Origin: Candidatus Omnitrophota bacterium
GTDB lineage: Bacteria > Omnitrophota > Gorgyraeia > Gygaellales > Profunditerraquicolaceae
DNA length: 59,894 nt
Assembly (NCBI GenBank): GCA_049517335.1
Contig: JBEKSD010000008.1
Location: 1-59,894 of the forward strand
Direction of reading: 5' to 3'
Positions within the stretch are counted from its first letter, which is position 1; every line of letters begins with the position of its first letter. A program made the translations under genes and the position numbers. Below the pieces are notes generated by a model, which worked only from the letters and a program-made list of their open reading frames with translations, searched no databases and had not been told where the DNA came from. Below, piece by piece: positions 1 through 8,662 of this stretch.

Positions 1-234
1 TAATAAAACAGGCTGCTTTCCCTTATATTCACTTAGAGTATAAAATTTACCGGATAAATCCGCAAGCTTAAAATCCGGAGCTAAGCGCGCGTTTCCTAAG
101 CCTTCATCTTGAACAGCAATTTCATTCTTTACCTGCGCAGCTAAAGGAGGAGCGTTTTCCTTTTTAACATGAGCGCAGGAGATTAAAAATAAACCGGAAA
201 TTACCAATAAAACTAAAATAGCGAGTTTACGCAT
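1..234 (-). CDS. TlpA/ResA-like thioredoxin-fold lipoprotein (partial, runs off the left edge)
   Basis: Not in the ORF track. Manual translation MRKLAILVLLVISGLFLISCAHVKKE...APDFKLADLSGKFYTLSEYKGKQPVLL shows a lipobox (LISC) and the APDF.L.DL.G motif. ATG overlaps the ccdA stop (TAATG). Confidence 0.8.
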   Translation of the reverse strand, partial: MRKLAILVLLVISGLFLISCAHVKKENAPPLAAQVKNEIAVQDEGLGNARLAPDFKLADLSGKFYTLSEYKGKQPVLL

Positions 235-905
235 TAAAATATCCTCCTTATTCCGTTAATAATAAAGTGCACACCGACGATAATTAAAACCATAGAAAGA
301 AATACCGTAATATACCTCATCCACTTACCCAATTTGGGGATACCTAATAATAAAGAACTGAGAATACTCGCGATAATTAAAGACGTCCCCATACCGAAAG
401 CAAATACGAATAAAAGCAATGAACCGTAAATTAAACTCTTTTTTACGACAAGATACAACAGGATAGAGCCTAAAACAGGGGTGAGGCAGGGCGAAGCCAC
501 AAGCCCGGAGCTTAAACCTAAAACAAATGCCCCGAATTTATCGTTCCTTTGCGGTTTAGGGAGTTTGCCTAAGCGTAAGAAAGGAAAAGGTAAAAACCCG
601 AGCAGGGAAATCCCGAAAATTATAATGACTATACCTAAAAAAATATGCGTTACCGGCTTTGAGCTGATTTCTCCGAATATCGTCCCGGTAAGTGAGGCGA
701 TAAGCCCGAGCAGCGAATAGATAACCGCTATGCCGGTTACATAAAGCAGGCTTAAAATAAAAGCATTACGTTTTGAGCCGCCGGCTTCAATGCCTATATA
801 ACCTACCGTAATCGGAATTAAAGGATAAATACAAGGAGTAAAACTTGCCAATAAACCGCCAGCAAAAACGAGCAAGAAATCAACCGGGCTACCTGAGATA
901 GTCAT
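234..905 (-). CDS. ccdA: Cytochrome c biogenesis protein CcdA / DsbD transmembrane domain
   Basis: Multi-TM protein with the two conserved Cys motifs SFTPCIYPLIP and ASPCLTPVL. Confidence 0.9.
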   Translation of the reverse strand: MTISGSPVDFLLVFAGGLLASFTPCIYPLIPITVGYIGIEAGGSKRNAFILSLLYVTGIAVIYSLLGLIASLTGTIFGEISSKPVTHIFLGIVIIIFGISLLGFLPFPFLRLGKLPKPQRNDKFGAFVLGLSSGLVASPCLTPVLGSILLYLVVKKSLIYGSLLLFVFAFGMGTSLIIASILSSLLLGIPKLGKWMRYITVFLSMVLIIVGVHFIINGIRRIF

Positions 906-1200
906 CCCACCACCTTAAATATGAAACAAGCCCGGCTGTGACCGGTAAACATATAATTTCCGGGACCTGATAACTGTGATTAGCTTTAACCAGCTTGACC
1001 AGCTTGCTAAATTTATCTTTCCGGGATTTTACAATCAAGAGCGCCTCTTTTGCAGAATTGATTCTGCCTTCCCACCAAAAAAGGGACTCAATTTTATCAA
1101 TAATATTAACGCAAGGGGCCAACCTGTTTTTTAACAAGGTGCTTGCGATTTTTTTAGCTTCTTTTTTATTGGCTGCGGTTATTAAAACAACTATATACAT
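889..1200 (-). CDS. cutA: Divalent-cation tolerance protein CutA
   Basis: APCVNI, SLFWWEG and HSYQVPEII motifs; 103 aa. Confidence 0.95.
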   Translation of the reverse strand: MYIVVLITAANKKEAKKIASTLLKNRLAPCVNIIDKIESLFWWEGRINSAKEALLIVKSRKDKFSKLVKLVKANHSYQVPEIICLPVTAGLVSYLRWWDDYLR

Positions 1201-1201
1201 T

Positions 1202-1675
1202 TTACGCAGCCTTCTTAAGGAGCTTGGCGATCCTTTCGCTAAGCCTTAAGCATTCGTTTAAAGTGTGTTCATCAGGTACGCCTATGGCTACAGGCCCATA
1301 GTGGTCACCTTTAGGATCCCCTTGAATAATCATTCCGTGGATGAGCATAGCACATAATATATCAACGATAGTAGTTTCATTACCGCCGGCGATGTTTGCG
1401 CTGGATGCGAAAGCAGCGCCTATTTTTCCGTCAAGCTTACCGTGGAATTTTACCGAGTCATCAAACAATTTCTTTATTTCTGCCGCCATTGTCCCGTAAT
1501 AAGTAGGGGAGCCAATAATTATGGCATCTACTTTGAGTAGTTCATCAACTTTAACATTCAAAACATCTTTGACTGCGACGTTTACGCCTTCCTTTTGAAG
1601 CCCTTGCCCGATTGTTTGCGCCATTTTTTTGGTATTACCGGACCTTGAATAATAAATTACCAATGCCTCAGGCAT
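1202..1675 (-). CDS. Flavodoxin / WrbA-like NAD(P)H:quinone oxidoreductase
   Basis: YYSRSGNT FMN loop, GSPTYYG and GGNET motifs; SD GGAGGG upstream. Confidence 0.9.
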   Translation of the reverse strand: MPEALVIYYSRSGNTKKMAQTIGQGLQKEGVNVAVKDVLNVKVDELLKVDAIIIGSPTYYGTMAAEIKKLFDDSVKFHGKLDGKIGAAFASSANIAGGNETTIVDILCAMLIHGMIIQGDPKGDHYGPVAIGVPDEHTLNECLRLSERIAKLLKKAA

Positions 1676-1687
1676 AATTCCCTCCCT

Positions 1688-1704
1688 GCCTGCCTACGGC
1701 AGGC
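1688..1704. repeat. REP-like palindrome GCCTGCC-TAC-GGCAGGC
   Basis: Perfect 7-bp intergenic inverted repeat; related to CCTGTC-TGCC-GACAGG at 42514-42529. Confidence 0.55.
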
Positions 1705-1706
1705 TT

Positions 1707-1946
1707 CTATGAAACTTGCGCTTCATTTATCTTAGCCGACTTTATCCTGCCGAATTGCGAGCAGGCGTCAAAAATGAGTGTTGGGTCATCAGTGACCACA
1801 TTTACCTTAAAATCGCTGGATGCCCCCGAAAGGTCCAGAGGCTCTCCTATCTCTACTTTATCTGCAAACTCCGAAAGAGAACTTTTAATCGCCGCCTGCG
1901 AAGATAAATGCGCATGCAGGATAAACTCCATAATGAATTTTTGCAT
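1707..1946 (-). CDS. Hypothetical protein (79 aa)
   Basis: Fills the gap in a tightly packed minus-strand run, starting 3 nt after the pgeF stop; protein-like composition. Confidence 0.7.
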   Translation of the reverse strand: MQKFIMEFILHAHLSSQAAIKSSLSEFADKVEIGEPLDLSGASSDFKVNVVTDDPTLIFDACSQFGRIKSAKINEAQVS

Positions 1947-1949
1947 ATA

Positions 1950-2714
1950 TTATATTAACATCATCACTGAAATCATTCTTCCGCTTTTGTCTTTCTCCAC
2001 GCGGAAGGAATAAAAATCTTTTACCCCGCAAGCCGTGCAAAGCCGGTAATCAAAGATATTTTCTGGCCTCGCTCCCGCTTCCAGTATCTGGCGCTTATTT
2101 GCGCCTGCCAAATCCACGTAAATCTTACCGTTTCTTTCCTGCGTATCTTTGGGAAAAATTTCCTTAAAATCTTCTTCCGCCTCAAAACAGCAGCTTCTTA
2201 TCCCCGGACCAAAACCAACCAACAATCCTTTAGGATCTGTACCAAATTGTTTTTGCATCAGTTTAATGGCGCTAAAGGCGATATTCTGCTTGGTGCTACG
2301 CCAGCCGCCATGCGCCAAACCTATTGCCGGTTTATGGGGGTCGTATAAAAATACGGGAAGGCAATCCGCGGTAAAAATAGCGATGGGTACACCCTTTTTA
2401 TCGGTAATAAATGCATCAGTATCCTCTATCGCGTCATCATAAACTAAGGCGCCCTTACCCTTATCGCTTTCCGTAACGTAACGCACGTTTCCGGAATGTG
2501 TCTGCTTGGCACAAACTAAATCCTTAAAATTAATGCCGATTTTTTTTAAGAAAACTTCGCGATTACCTAAAGCATTGCTCGTATCGCCGTAGCAAAGCGA
2601 CATATTACCTTGTGCTCGGATGCTTACAGCAGCAATGAGGCTTCGTTCAAAGGAATTCCCGAACGGTAGGAACTCTTTACCTTTTATGAAAGCTGCTTTA
2701 TTCGCTAAATTCAA
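1950..2714 (-). CDS. pgeF: Peptidoglycan editing factor PgeF / YfiH-family purine nucleoside phosphorylase
   Basis: QTHS, DAFIT, TADCLPV, AHGGWR, GPGIRSCC and CTAC motifs. Confidence 0.92.
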   Translation of the reverse strand: MNLANKAAFIKGKEFLPFGNSFERSLIAAVSIRAQGNMSLCYGDTSNALGNREVFLKKIGINFKDLVCAKQTHSGNVRYVTESDKGKGALVYDDAIEDTDAFITDKKGVPIAIFTADCLPVFLYDPHKPAIGLAHGGWRSTKQNIAFSAIKLMQKQFGTDPKGLLVGFGPGIRSCCFEAEEDFKEIFPKDTQERNGKIYVDLAGANKRQILEAGARPENIFDYRLCTACGVKDFYSFRVEKDKSGRMISVMMLI

Positions 2715-2916
2715 TTAACTTATCCCTTCCTTTTGCGCCTTTGATTATTTTAAGCTGGTATTTCTTCGCTCCCAAATATTCCGCCAATAAACTAATTAAC
2801 TGCTCATTGGCAAGGCCGTCCTGCGCAGGCTTGGTAAGATAAACTTTTAAAACGTCCCCTTCTTTCTTAACTAAATTCCGGCTTGCCTTGGGGCTGACGC
2901 GGACATTAAAAACCAT
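2698..2916 (-). CDS. DUF167 / YggU family protein
   Basis: VRVSPKAS, PAQDGLAN and IIKGAKGRDK pattern. Confidence 0.9.
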   Translation of the reverse strand: MVFNVRVSPKASRNLVKKEGDVLKVYLTKPAQDGLANEQLISLLAEYLGAKKYQLKIIKGAKGRDKLIEFSE

Positions 2917-2923
2917 AGAACTT

Positions 2924-3856
2924 TTAGGATTCTATCTGCTTAGTGTCGTGGATTGAATTGAGTTTATCCTGAAACCGGTCAAGCCGCTTTTGTGAATCGA
3001 CATATTTTGACTGCGTGCTGGAAATATGCTTGCCTAAAATATCAAATTCTTCCTTAAACTTTACTATCTCAACGTCAAGGGTGCTTAAACTTTTTAATAT
3101 CTGCTTAGCGTTCTCCTCAACCTTTAAGCCTTTTAGCCCAAGGCAGATAACCTGCATATACGCGTATAAAGTATTCGGCGAAACCGGAATGACTTTTTTG
3201 CTTAAACAGTAATTGAACAACTCGTCCCTGTTTACCGCCACCTCATAATAAACATTTTCCGCCGGGATATACATAAGAGCAAAATCATAGGTATTTTCAG
3301 TAGGAAGAATATATTTGGCAGCTATTTCATCCACGCGGTTCTTTACGTCTTGAATGAATTTTTTACGGAAACTGTTTTTAAGTATTTCGTCTTTCTCATC
3401 CTGCATCTTCTGGAAATTTTCAAGACTAAACTTGGCGTCAATCGGGACAAGGCGCTCACCCAAATGGATTACCGCATCCACCGCATCCCCGTTTTTAAAA
3501 CGGTATTGAGTAGTGTAAAATTGCTTAGGTAAGACTAGGGAGAGTAAATTCTCAAGCAGGGTTTCTCCTATTTGGCCCCTTAACTTAGGCGCGCGCAGCA
3601 GTTCCTGCAAACTTGAGATATCTTTACTGATGGTGACTATCTGCTGATTGGTAGATTCAAGCCGGCCAAGCTGCTCATGGACATTGGCGAAAACACTCGA
3701 TGAATGCCCCAGATTCTGGCTGATTATTTTATTCGCATCCTGCATAATCTGGCCCATCTGGTTTAAGCGGCTATTTACATCAGAAGCCAGCTTCATAACC
3801 AGCATGATGATCACCGCGGCTAAAATTAAAAAAGCTAATAGGATTGCCCAAATCAT
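2924..3856 (-). CDS. rmuC: DNA recombination protein RmuC
   Basis: N-terminal TM and coiled coil; RGQIGE, IDAKF, DFALMYIPAE and PVSPNTL motifs. Confidence 0.92.
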   Translation of the reverse strand: MIWAILLAFLILAAVIIMLVMKLASDVNSRLNQMGQIMQDANKIISQNLGHSSSVFANVHEQLGRLESTNQQIVTISKDISSLQELLRAPKLRGQIGETLLENLLSLVLPKQFYTTQYRFKNGDAVDAVIHLGERLVPIDAKFSLENFQKMQDEKDEILKNSFRKKFIQDVKNRVDEIAAKYILPTENTYDFALMYIPAENVYYEVAVNRDELFNYCLSKKVIPVSPNTLYAYMQVICLGLKGLKVEENAKQILKSLSTLDVEIVKFKEEFDILGKHISSTQSKYVDSQKRLDRFQDKLNSIHDTKQIES

Positions 3857-3862
3857 GACTTA

Positions 3863-3890
3863 ATTATACCACTATGCGATGTTATCTTAA
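3863..3890 (-). promoter_or_regulatory. Putative sigma70 promoter (extended -10 TGgTATAAT) for a leaderless rmuC transcript
   Basis: TATAAT at 3868-3863; ATG 7 nt downstream; no SD. Confidence 0.55.
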
Positions 3891-4606
3891 AGTAAATAAT
3901 CAGATTTAATGCGCTTGACGCTGCGGAATATGTTTGTCTTTACTTCCGGGCAGATTTTTTTCAAATCTTTGATAATTTCCGTCATCTTGCTCCTTGTAGA
4001 AGTTATGGAATTAGGGCAGGCGCATTTATGGTGCGGGAAAGAAAGTTTTTTGGCGAACTTTACAATCATATCTTCATCCACATAGGCCATCGGCCTGATT
4101 ATGGTAATTTTTCCTTTAAATAATTCCTGCTTCGGCTTCATCGCGGATATCTCACCCTGAAAGAACATATTCATCAGGATCGTTTCAATGATATCGTCCT
4201 GATGGTGTCCTAAGGCAACCTTGGTGCAGCCGAACCTGTCCGCCACCTGAAATAAAGTTTTCCTGCGGTTCCAGGAACACCAGAAACAGGAAATGTCTTT
4301 GCGCGTCTGGCCGGGCTTTAATATGTTTATTTTCTCAATATGGTACTCTACGCCCTCTTTCTTAAAATACTCAGTCAGTATTTTCGGATGCTGGCAGGGA
4401 TAGCCCATATCCACGTGCACAGCCAATAAATCATACTTAATCGGCACGAACTTCCTGCGCTCCTGCAGTATTTTAAGCAAGGTCAAACTGTCCTTACCGC
4501 CTGAGACCGCAACGCAAACCTTGTCCCCGTCGGAAAGCATCTTATAAGCCATAATCGCCTTGCCGACTTTTTTGGAGATATATAATTCAGCCCCGTTTAA
4601 TGACAT
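3887..4606 (-). CDS. ttcA: tRNA 2-thiocytidine biosynthesis protein TtcA
   Basis: PP-loop SGGKDS; CFWC, GHHQDD, IIRPM and CACP motifs. Confidence 0.9.
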   Translation of the reverse strand: MSLNGAELYISKKVGKAIMAYKMLSDGDKVCVAVSGGKDSLTLLKILQERRKFVPIKYDLLAVHVDMGYPCQHPKILTEYFKKEGVEYHIEKINILKPGQTRKDISCFWCSWNRRKTLFQVADRFGCTKVALGHHQDDIIETILMNMFFQGEISAMKPKQELFKGKITIIRPMAYVDEDMIVKFAKKLSFPHHKCACPNSITSTRSKMTEIIKDLKKICPEVKTNIFRSVKRIKSDYLL

Positions 4607-4953
4607 AAGTACCCCAATTTACGTAACTCTACCGTTGCTTTTTCCCGCTGGTCGCCCTGTAATTCTATAATGTTATCTTTTACCGAACCGCCAATGCCGA
4701 ATTGGCTTTTAAGCTGTTTTGCCAATACCAGTAATTTCTCTTCGCTTAAAGTTAAACTGGTAATCAGCGTAACACCTTTGCCCTTACGTCCGGCGACTTC
4801 ATAACTTAAACGCACCTTACCGTCTGTTTGCGGCAGCGCTTTTTTCTTCATCTGACGGCAAGCGCACTTTTCCCTTGGCTGCGAACACGCAGGACAAACC
4901 GGGCCGACTAACGTTGAATAAATTAAACGGGAATTTGAATTATTCTCTTCCAT
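4597..4953 (-). CDS. yciH: Translation initiation factor SUI1 / YciH
   Basis: LIYST, CPAC..C.C, GRKGKGVT, GGSVKD and IELQGD motifs. Confidence 0.92.
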   Translation of the reverse strand: MEENNSNSRLIYSTLVGPVCPACSQPREKCACRQMKKKALPQTDGKVRLSYEVAGRKGKGVTLITSLTLSEEKLLVLAKQLKSQFGIGGSVKDNIIELQGDQREKATVELRKLGYLCH

Positions 4954-4960
4954 AATTTAA

Positions 4961-5167
4961 TTATGGAATAATATTAATTTTCTGACCGCCAAACTCCACA
5001 ACATCCCCTGAACGAAGCTTGCGGCGGACACGTGATTCAACCAGCCCATTAACTTTAAGTGAGCCGGCCTGTATCTGCTGTTTGGCCTCAGCGCCGCTTA
5101 CAACGAGTTTCATCACCTTTAAAATATTATCCAGCTCAATAAAATCAGTATTTAGTTTAAAGTCCAC
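4961..5167 (-). CDS. S4-domain RNA-binding protein (YbcJ/YaaA family)
   Basis: IELDNILK, SGAEAK and VNG..E.R.RRKL motifs. Confidence 0.9.
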   Translation of the reverse strand: MDFKLNTDFIELDNILKVMKLVVSGAEAKQQIQAGSLKVNGLVESRVRRKLRSGDVVEFGGQKINIIP

Positions 5168-5180
5168 AATCGTTATCTCA

Positions 5181-5239
5181 AACAGGGGTCAGAGCCCTTT
5201 AAACCGTTAGGGACAATCCCCTTCGGGGACAGTCCCTAA
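5181..5239. repeat. REP-like GC-rich intergenic palindromes
   Basis: GGGGTCAGAGCC (also at 33297-33308) followed by the hairpin TTAGGGAC-AATCCCCTTCGGGGACA-GTCCCTAA. Confidence 0.55.
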
Positions 5240-6996
5240 ACCCTCCCCGAATCCTTGGCCATTTTTTTCATTTCCTTTACCACCTTATGCTCTAGCAGTT
5301 TCTCAAGCGAAATGGGTAAAGTCAAAGACCAATTCTTGTCGCTGATTGTGCCGGGAGTATTAAGACGGTTATCATACGGATCGCCCTTAAAGATATTCGC
5401 AGTATACAACCAGTCAATCAAAGTATTAATGCTGAATATTGAAGCTGAATCAAGGGTAATCTTGAGCGCTGCCTTCACAATTTCTTTATCGCACTTCTCG
5501 CGCATCTTTCCCTTTAATCCCATCTGCTTCCAAAGTTTCTCCTTTTCCCTAAAACTATTTAAGTATAAATCTATAAAATCACCGACTTCTTCTTTCTTTT
5601 TATCCAAGTTCCACACTAACTTATCAATCAAATCAATAGGATTTAGCCAGCGTAAGCGGCCGTGCTTTGATAAATTTAAGTCAAATAATTTTGGTTTTAC
5701 CTTATTAAAATTTATTCCACGCTCCATACATCTTCTGTAAAATAAATCTTCATCAATGGTACCTACCTCATTCTCCCACCATGCCGGCCAATTGGTCGTA
5801 TCATGCGTTGAAAGCATAGAAACGGAAAGTTTGCGGTATCCAGAAGGAGAAAGGAAATCGTACGCTACCTTCCAGTCTTTTACCCAGCGCTGGACATCGT
5901 TTCCGGGAATCCCTAAATCCTTTAAAGTATCGGTGCAGACGCGGGGGATTAACCCTAGATCCTCGGCGCACAAAAGCATACTCGTATTATTAAGCATTGT
6001 TTCTAAAATCGTACGGCCGTGAATACCCCATACTCCTTCATCGCCAGGGTCAAATAAACCGTTAAGCCCTTTATTTTCAAGCGGCTCATTATAAGGAATA
6101 CTCCAGATGCGGAATAGTCCTACTACGTGGTCAACCCTTAAAATATCATAGAAGTTTTGCGCGTATCTTAATTTCTCTGCCAAATACCTGAAACCGTCTT
6201 CCTTAATCTTATCCCAGTTATATGTCGGCATACCCCAACGTTGGCCCTTAGCGCAATACATATCTACGGGCGCTCCGGCAGCAAAATCAAGCTTAAAGAA
6301 CTTAGGATGACTCCAGACATCAGCGCTGTCACGCGAAACCAGTATCGGCAGGTCGCCTTTTAGGAAAATATTTTTGCTATTGGCGTAAATACGCGCGGCT
6401 CTTAATTGCTTAAAAAGCTTCCATTGCACCCACTCCTGAAATTCCAACTCTTTACTATGCTCATTTTTAAAAACCTCTAAAGCGCTTTTATCGCGGAACT
6501 TAAATTTATCTTCCCATTCATACCAGGCGCTGCCGTTATGATGAGCTTTTAACGCTTTATAGAGTGAGAATTCAGGCAGCCAGTATGAATTTTCTTTCCT
6601 GAAAAGAGAAAAATTCCCGGAATCCCTTTCTTTATCTGAGGTAAAAGACTGGAGTAAAATATTCAGCTTCTCTTCTTTTATTTTGTAATCTAGATAAGGA
6701 TAGGTAGGGTTACGCGTTTTTTGAGGGCTATCCAGATGAATATACGCGGGTTCAAGCGCGAATGAACTTAAAGAATCGTAAGGGCAAAAAAGTGCACCTA
6801 CTTCGTTAAGCGGCAAGAGTTGGATGATAGAATTTCCAGTTAGAGAAGCAAAATCAACCAGCAGTTTTAAATCCAAGAAATCCCCTATACCTAAACTATT
6901 TTTGGAATAAACCGAGAAAAGGGAAATGAGTATTCCCGCTCTTTTTTGCAGGCCTATGCGTTTCCACTTATCAGCTGACTTCGTATTTAACAGCAT
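5236..6996 (-). CDS. malQ: 4-alpha-glucanotransferase (GH77)
   Basis: QLLPLN, GDLP, GQRWGMP, RVDHVVG, AEDLG and STHD motifs. Confidence 0.93.
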   Translation of the reverse strand: MLLNTKSADKWKRIGLQKRAGILISLFSVYSKNSLGIGDFLDLKLLVDFASLTGNSIIQLLPLNEVGALFCPYDSLSSFALEPAYIHLDSPQKTRNPTYPYLDYKIKEEKLNILLQSFTSDKERDSGNFSLFRKENSYWLPEFSLYKALKAHHNGSAWYEWEDKFKFRDKSALEVFKNEHSKELEFQEWVQWKLFKQLRAARIYANSKNIFLKGDLPILVSRDSADVWSHPKFFKLDFAAGAPVDMYCAKGQRWGMPTYNWDKIKEDGFRYLAEKLRYAQNFYDILRVDHVVGLFRIWSIPYNEPLENKGLNGLFDPGDEGVWGIHGRTILETMLNNTSMLLCAEDLGLIPRVCTDTLKDLGIPGNDVQRWVKDWKVAYDFLSPSGYRKLSVSMLSTHDTTNWPAWWENEVGTIDEDLFYRRCMERGINFNKVKPKLFDLNLSKHGRLRWLNPIDLIDKLVWNLDKKKEEVGDFIDLYLNSFREKEKLWKQMGLKGKMREKCDKEIVKAALKITLDSASIFSINTLIDWLYTANIFKGDPYDNRLNTPGTISDKNWSLTLPISLEKLLEHKVVKEMKKMAKDSGRV

Positions 6997-7006
6997 TCAT
7001 CCTAAC

Positions 7007-7819
7007 CTATCTGACGAAGAAGATAAGGCCGAATATCTTGTCTGCCCAGAATAAAGCTGCGAGCGCAGCCAAAGAAAGGAACGGGCCATAAGGAATAAGG
7101 TGGTCTTTTTTATTTATGAGGTTTATTACCCCGATGACTATTGCCAGGAAAGGTGCTAGAAAAAAAGTTAAAAGCGCCCTCTGCGGCCCGAGGAACGCAC
7201 CAATCATCGCAAGCAACTTAACATCACCTCCACCCATAGACTCGGTTTCACCTTGTATGGCAGGCCTCTTCATTAGCTTAAAATATATCAGGTCAAAGAC
7301 TTTTCCGGTTAAGTAAATTATTCCGCCGCCAGCTAAAATACCCAAAAGAGAATTTAACGCAGGCTTAAAACTAAAATATAGCGGCGACATATTAAATCCC
7401 CGCACGTTGTTTAAAATAAAACCGATAATCATCCCTCCGACTGAAACTTCATCCGGGATAATCCGGTGCTTAATATCCACGAAGGTCGCGATGATTAACG
7501 CCCAGAGAAGGACCATATAGAAAAAGAAATTATAAGTTAAGCCGTAGCGCTTAAAGAGCACAACAAATAAAATCGCCGTCAATAGCTCTACAAACGGATA
7601 ACGCAGGGAAATTTTTTCTTTACAGAAACGGCACCTGCCCTTCAATAATATGAAACTCAAAAAAGGGATATTATCGTAACCGGGAATGCGCTTTTGGCAC
7701 TTAGGGCAGTGTGAACGCGGCCAGACTACCGATTCCCCCAAAGGCATCCTGTGGATACAAACATTCAGGAAACTCCCGACGATAGAGCCAAAGATAAAAA
7801 CGATTAAGTTAGCAACCAT
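7007..7819 (-). CDS. pilD: Prepilin peptidase (A24)
   Basis: GSFLNVCIHR, CPKC..CRFC, MGGGDVKL and PYGPFL motifs. Confidence 0.95.
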   Translation of the reverse strand: MVANLIVFIFGSIVGSFLNVCIHRMPLGESVVWPRSHCPKCQKRIPGYDNIPFLSFILLKGRCRFCKEKISLRYPFVELLTAILFVVLFKRYGLTYNFFFYMVLLWALIIATFVDIKHRIIPDEVSVGGMIIGFILNNVRGFNMSPLYFSFKPALNSLLGILAGGGIIYLTGKVFDLIYFKLMKRPAIQGETESMGGGDVKLLAMIGAFLGPQRALLTFFLAPFLAIVIGVINLINKKDHLIPYGPFLSLAALAALFWADKIFGLIFFVR

Positions 7820-7825
7820 AGGCTT

Positions 7826-8662
7826 TTAACCCCTCCTCTTTAAAGCTTTTTGCATCACTTTAATGGGCGCATCCATTCCTGTAAAATACTTAAAAGAAAG
7901 CGCGCCCTGATACAAAAGCATACCTAAGCCGTTTGAAACTCTCGCGCCTTTTTTTTCCGCAAGCGCCAAGAGTTTGGTTTTATCCAGGTTATAAATTAAA
8001 TCATAGACGAACAAATCCTTATGCAGCAGTTCTTCTTTAATCAGACAAGGGTCGGTTTCCTTCATCCCGATAGGTGTACAGTTAACCAGCAGGCTCTTAC
8101 TTTTAATATCCAGCTCTTCAATACTATCCACGCTTGATATTGTAAACCCGGGAAATAAATTTTTAACCATACTAACTACGTTCTTAGTCTTCTCTTTATC
8201 AATATCAAAGATATCTATTTGCGCGGCGTTTAAATTCGCGAGAACATAAGCTACTGCCCGGCTTGCCCCGCCTGCACCGAGAATTGCCGTTTTTTTTCCC
8301 GCAGGCTCAAACTGTTCTTTCAGGTGCTTTTGGAAGCCGGGGATATCGGTGTTAAACCCGTTCCAAACGCCGTTGGTTTTTACGATGGTATTAACTGCCC
8401 GCACCTGCCTTAAAAAGGAAAATTCTGCGTCCAACTCAATAAAATCCAGGACTTTCTCCTTATGGGGCACGGTAACATTAAGCCCGGAGATATTCTTCTT
8501 ATCTAAATTCTCAAGGAAATTAGCGAGCTCATCGGGTTTTATTTCAAAAAGTTTATATTCAGCATTAAGATTGAGCGCCTTGAAAGCGGCGTTATGTATT
8601 AACGGGGAAAGGCTGTGCTTGACCGGGTATCCGACTAAACCAAATAGTCTGGGTATGGCCAT
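7826..8662 (-). CDS. aroE: Shikimate dehydrogenase
   Basis: HSLSP, NVTVPHK, NTD, GAGGA and GLGML motifs. Confidence 0.95.
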   Translation of the reverse strand: MAIPRLFGLVGYPVKHSLSPLIHNAAFKALNLNAEYKLFEIKPDELANFLENLDKKNISGLNVTVPHKEKVLDFIELDAEFSFLRQVRAVNTIVKTNGVWNGFNTDIPGFQKHLKEQFEPAGKKTAILGAGGASRAVAYVLANLNAAQIDIFDIDKEKTKNVVSMVKNLFPGFTISSVDSIEELDIKSKSLLVNCTPIGMKETDPCLIKEELLHKDLFVYDLIYNLDKTKLLALAEKKGARVSNGLGMLLYQGALSFKYFTGMDAPIKVMQKALKRRG

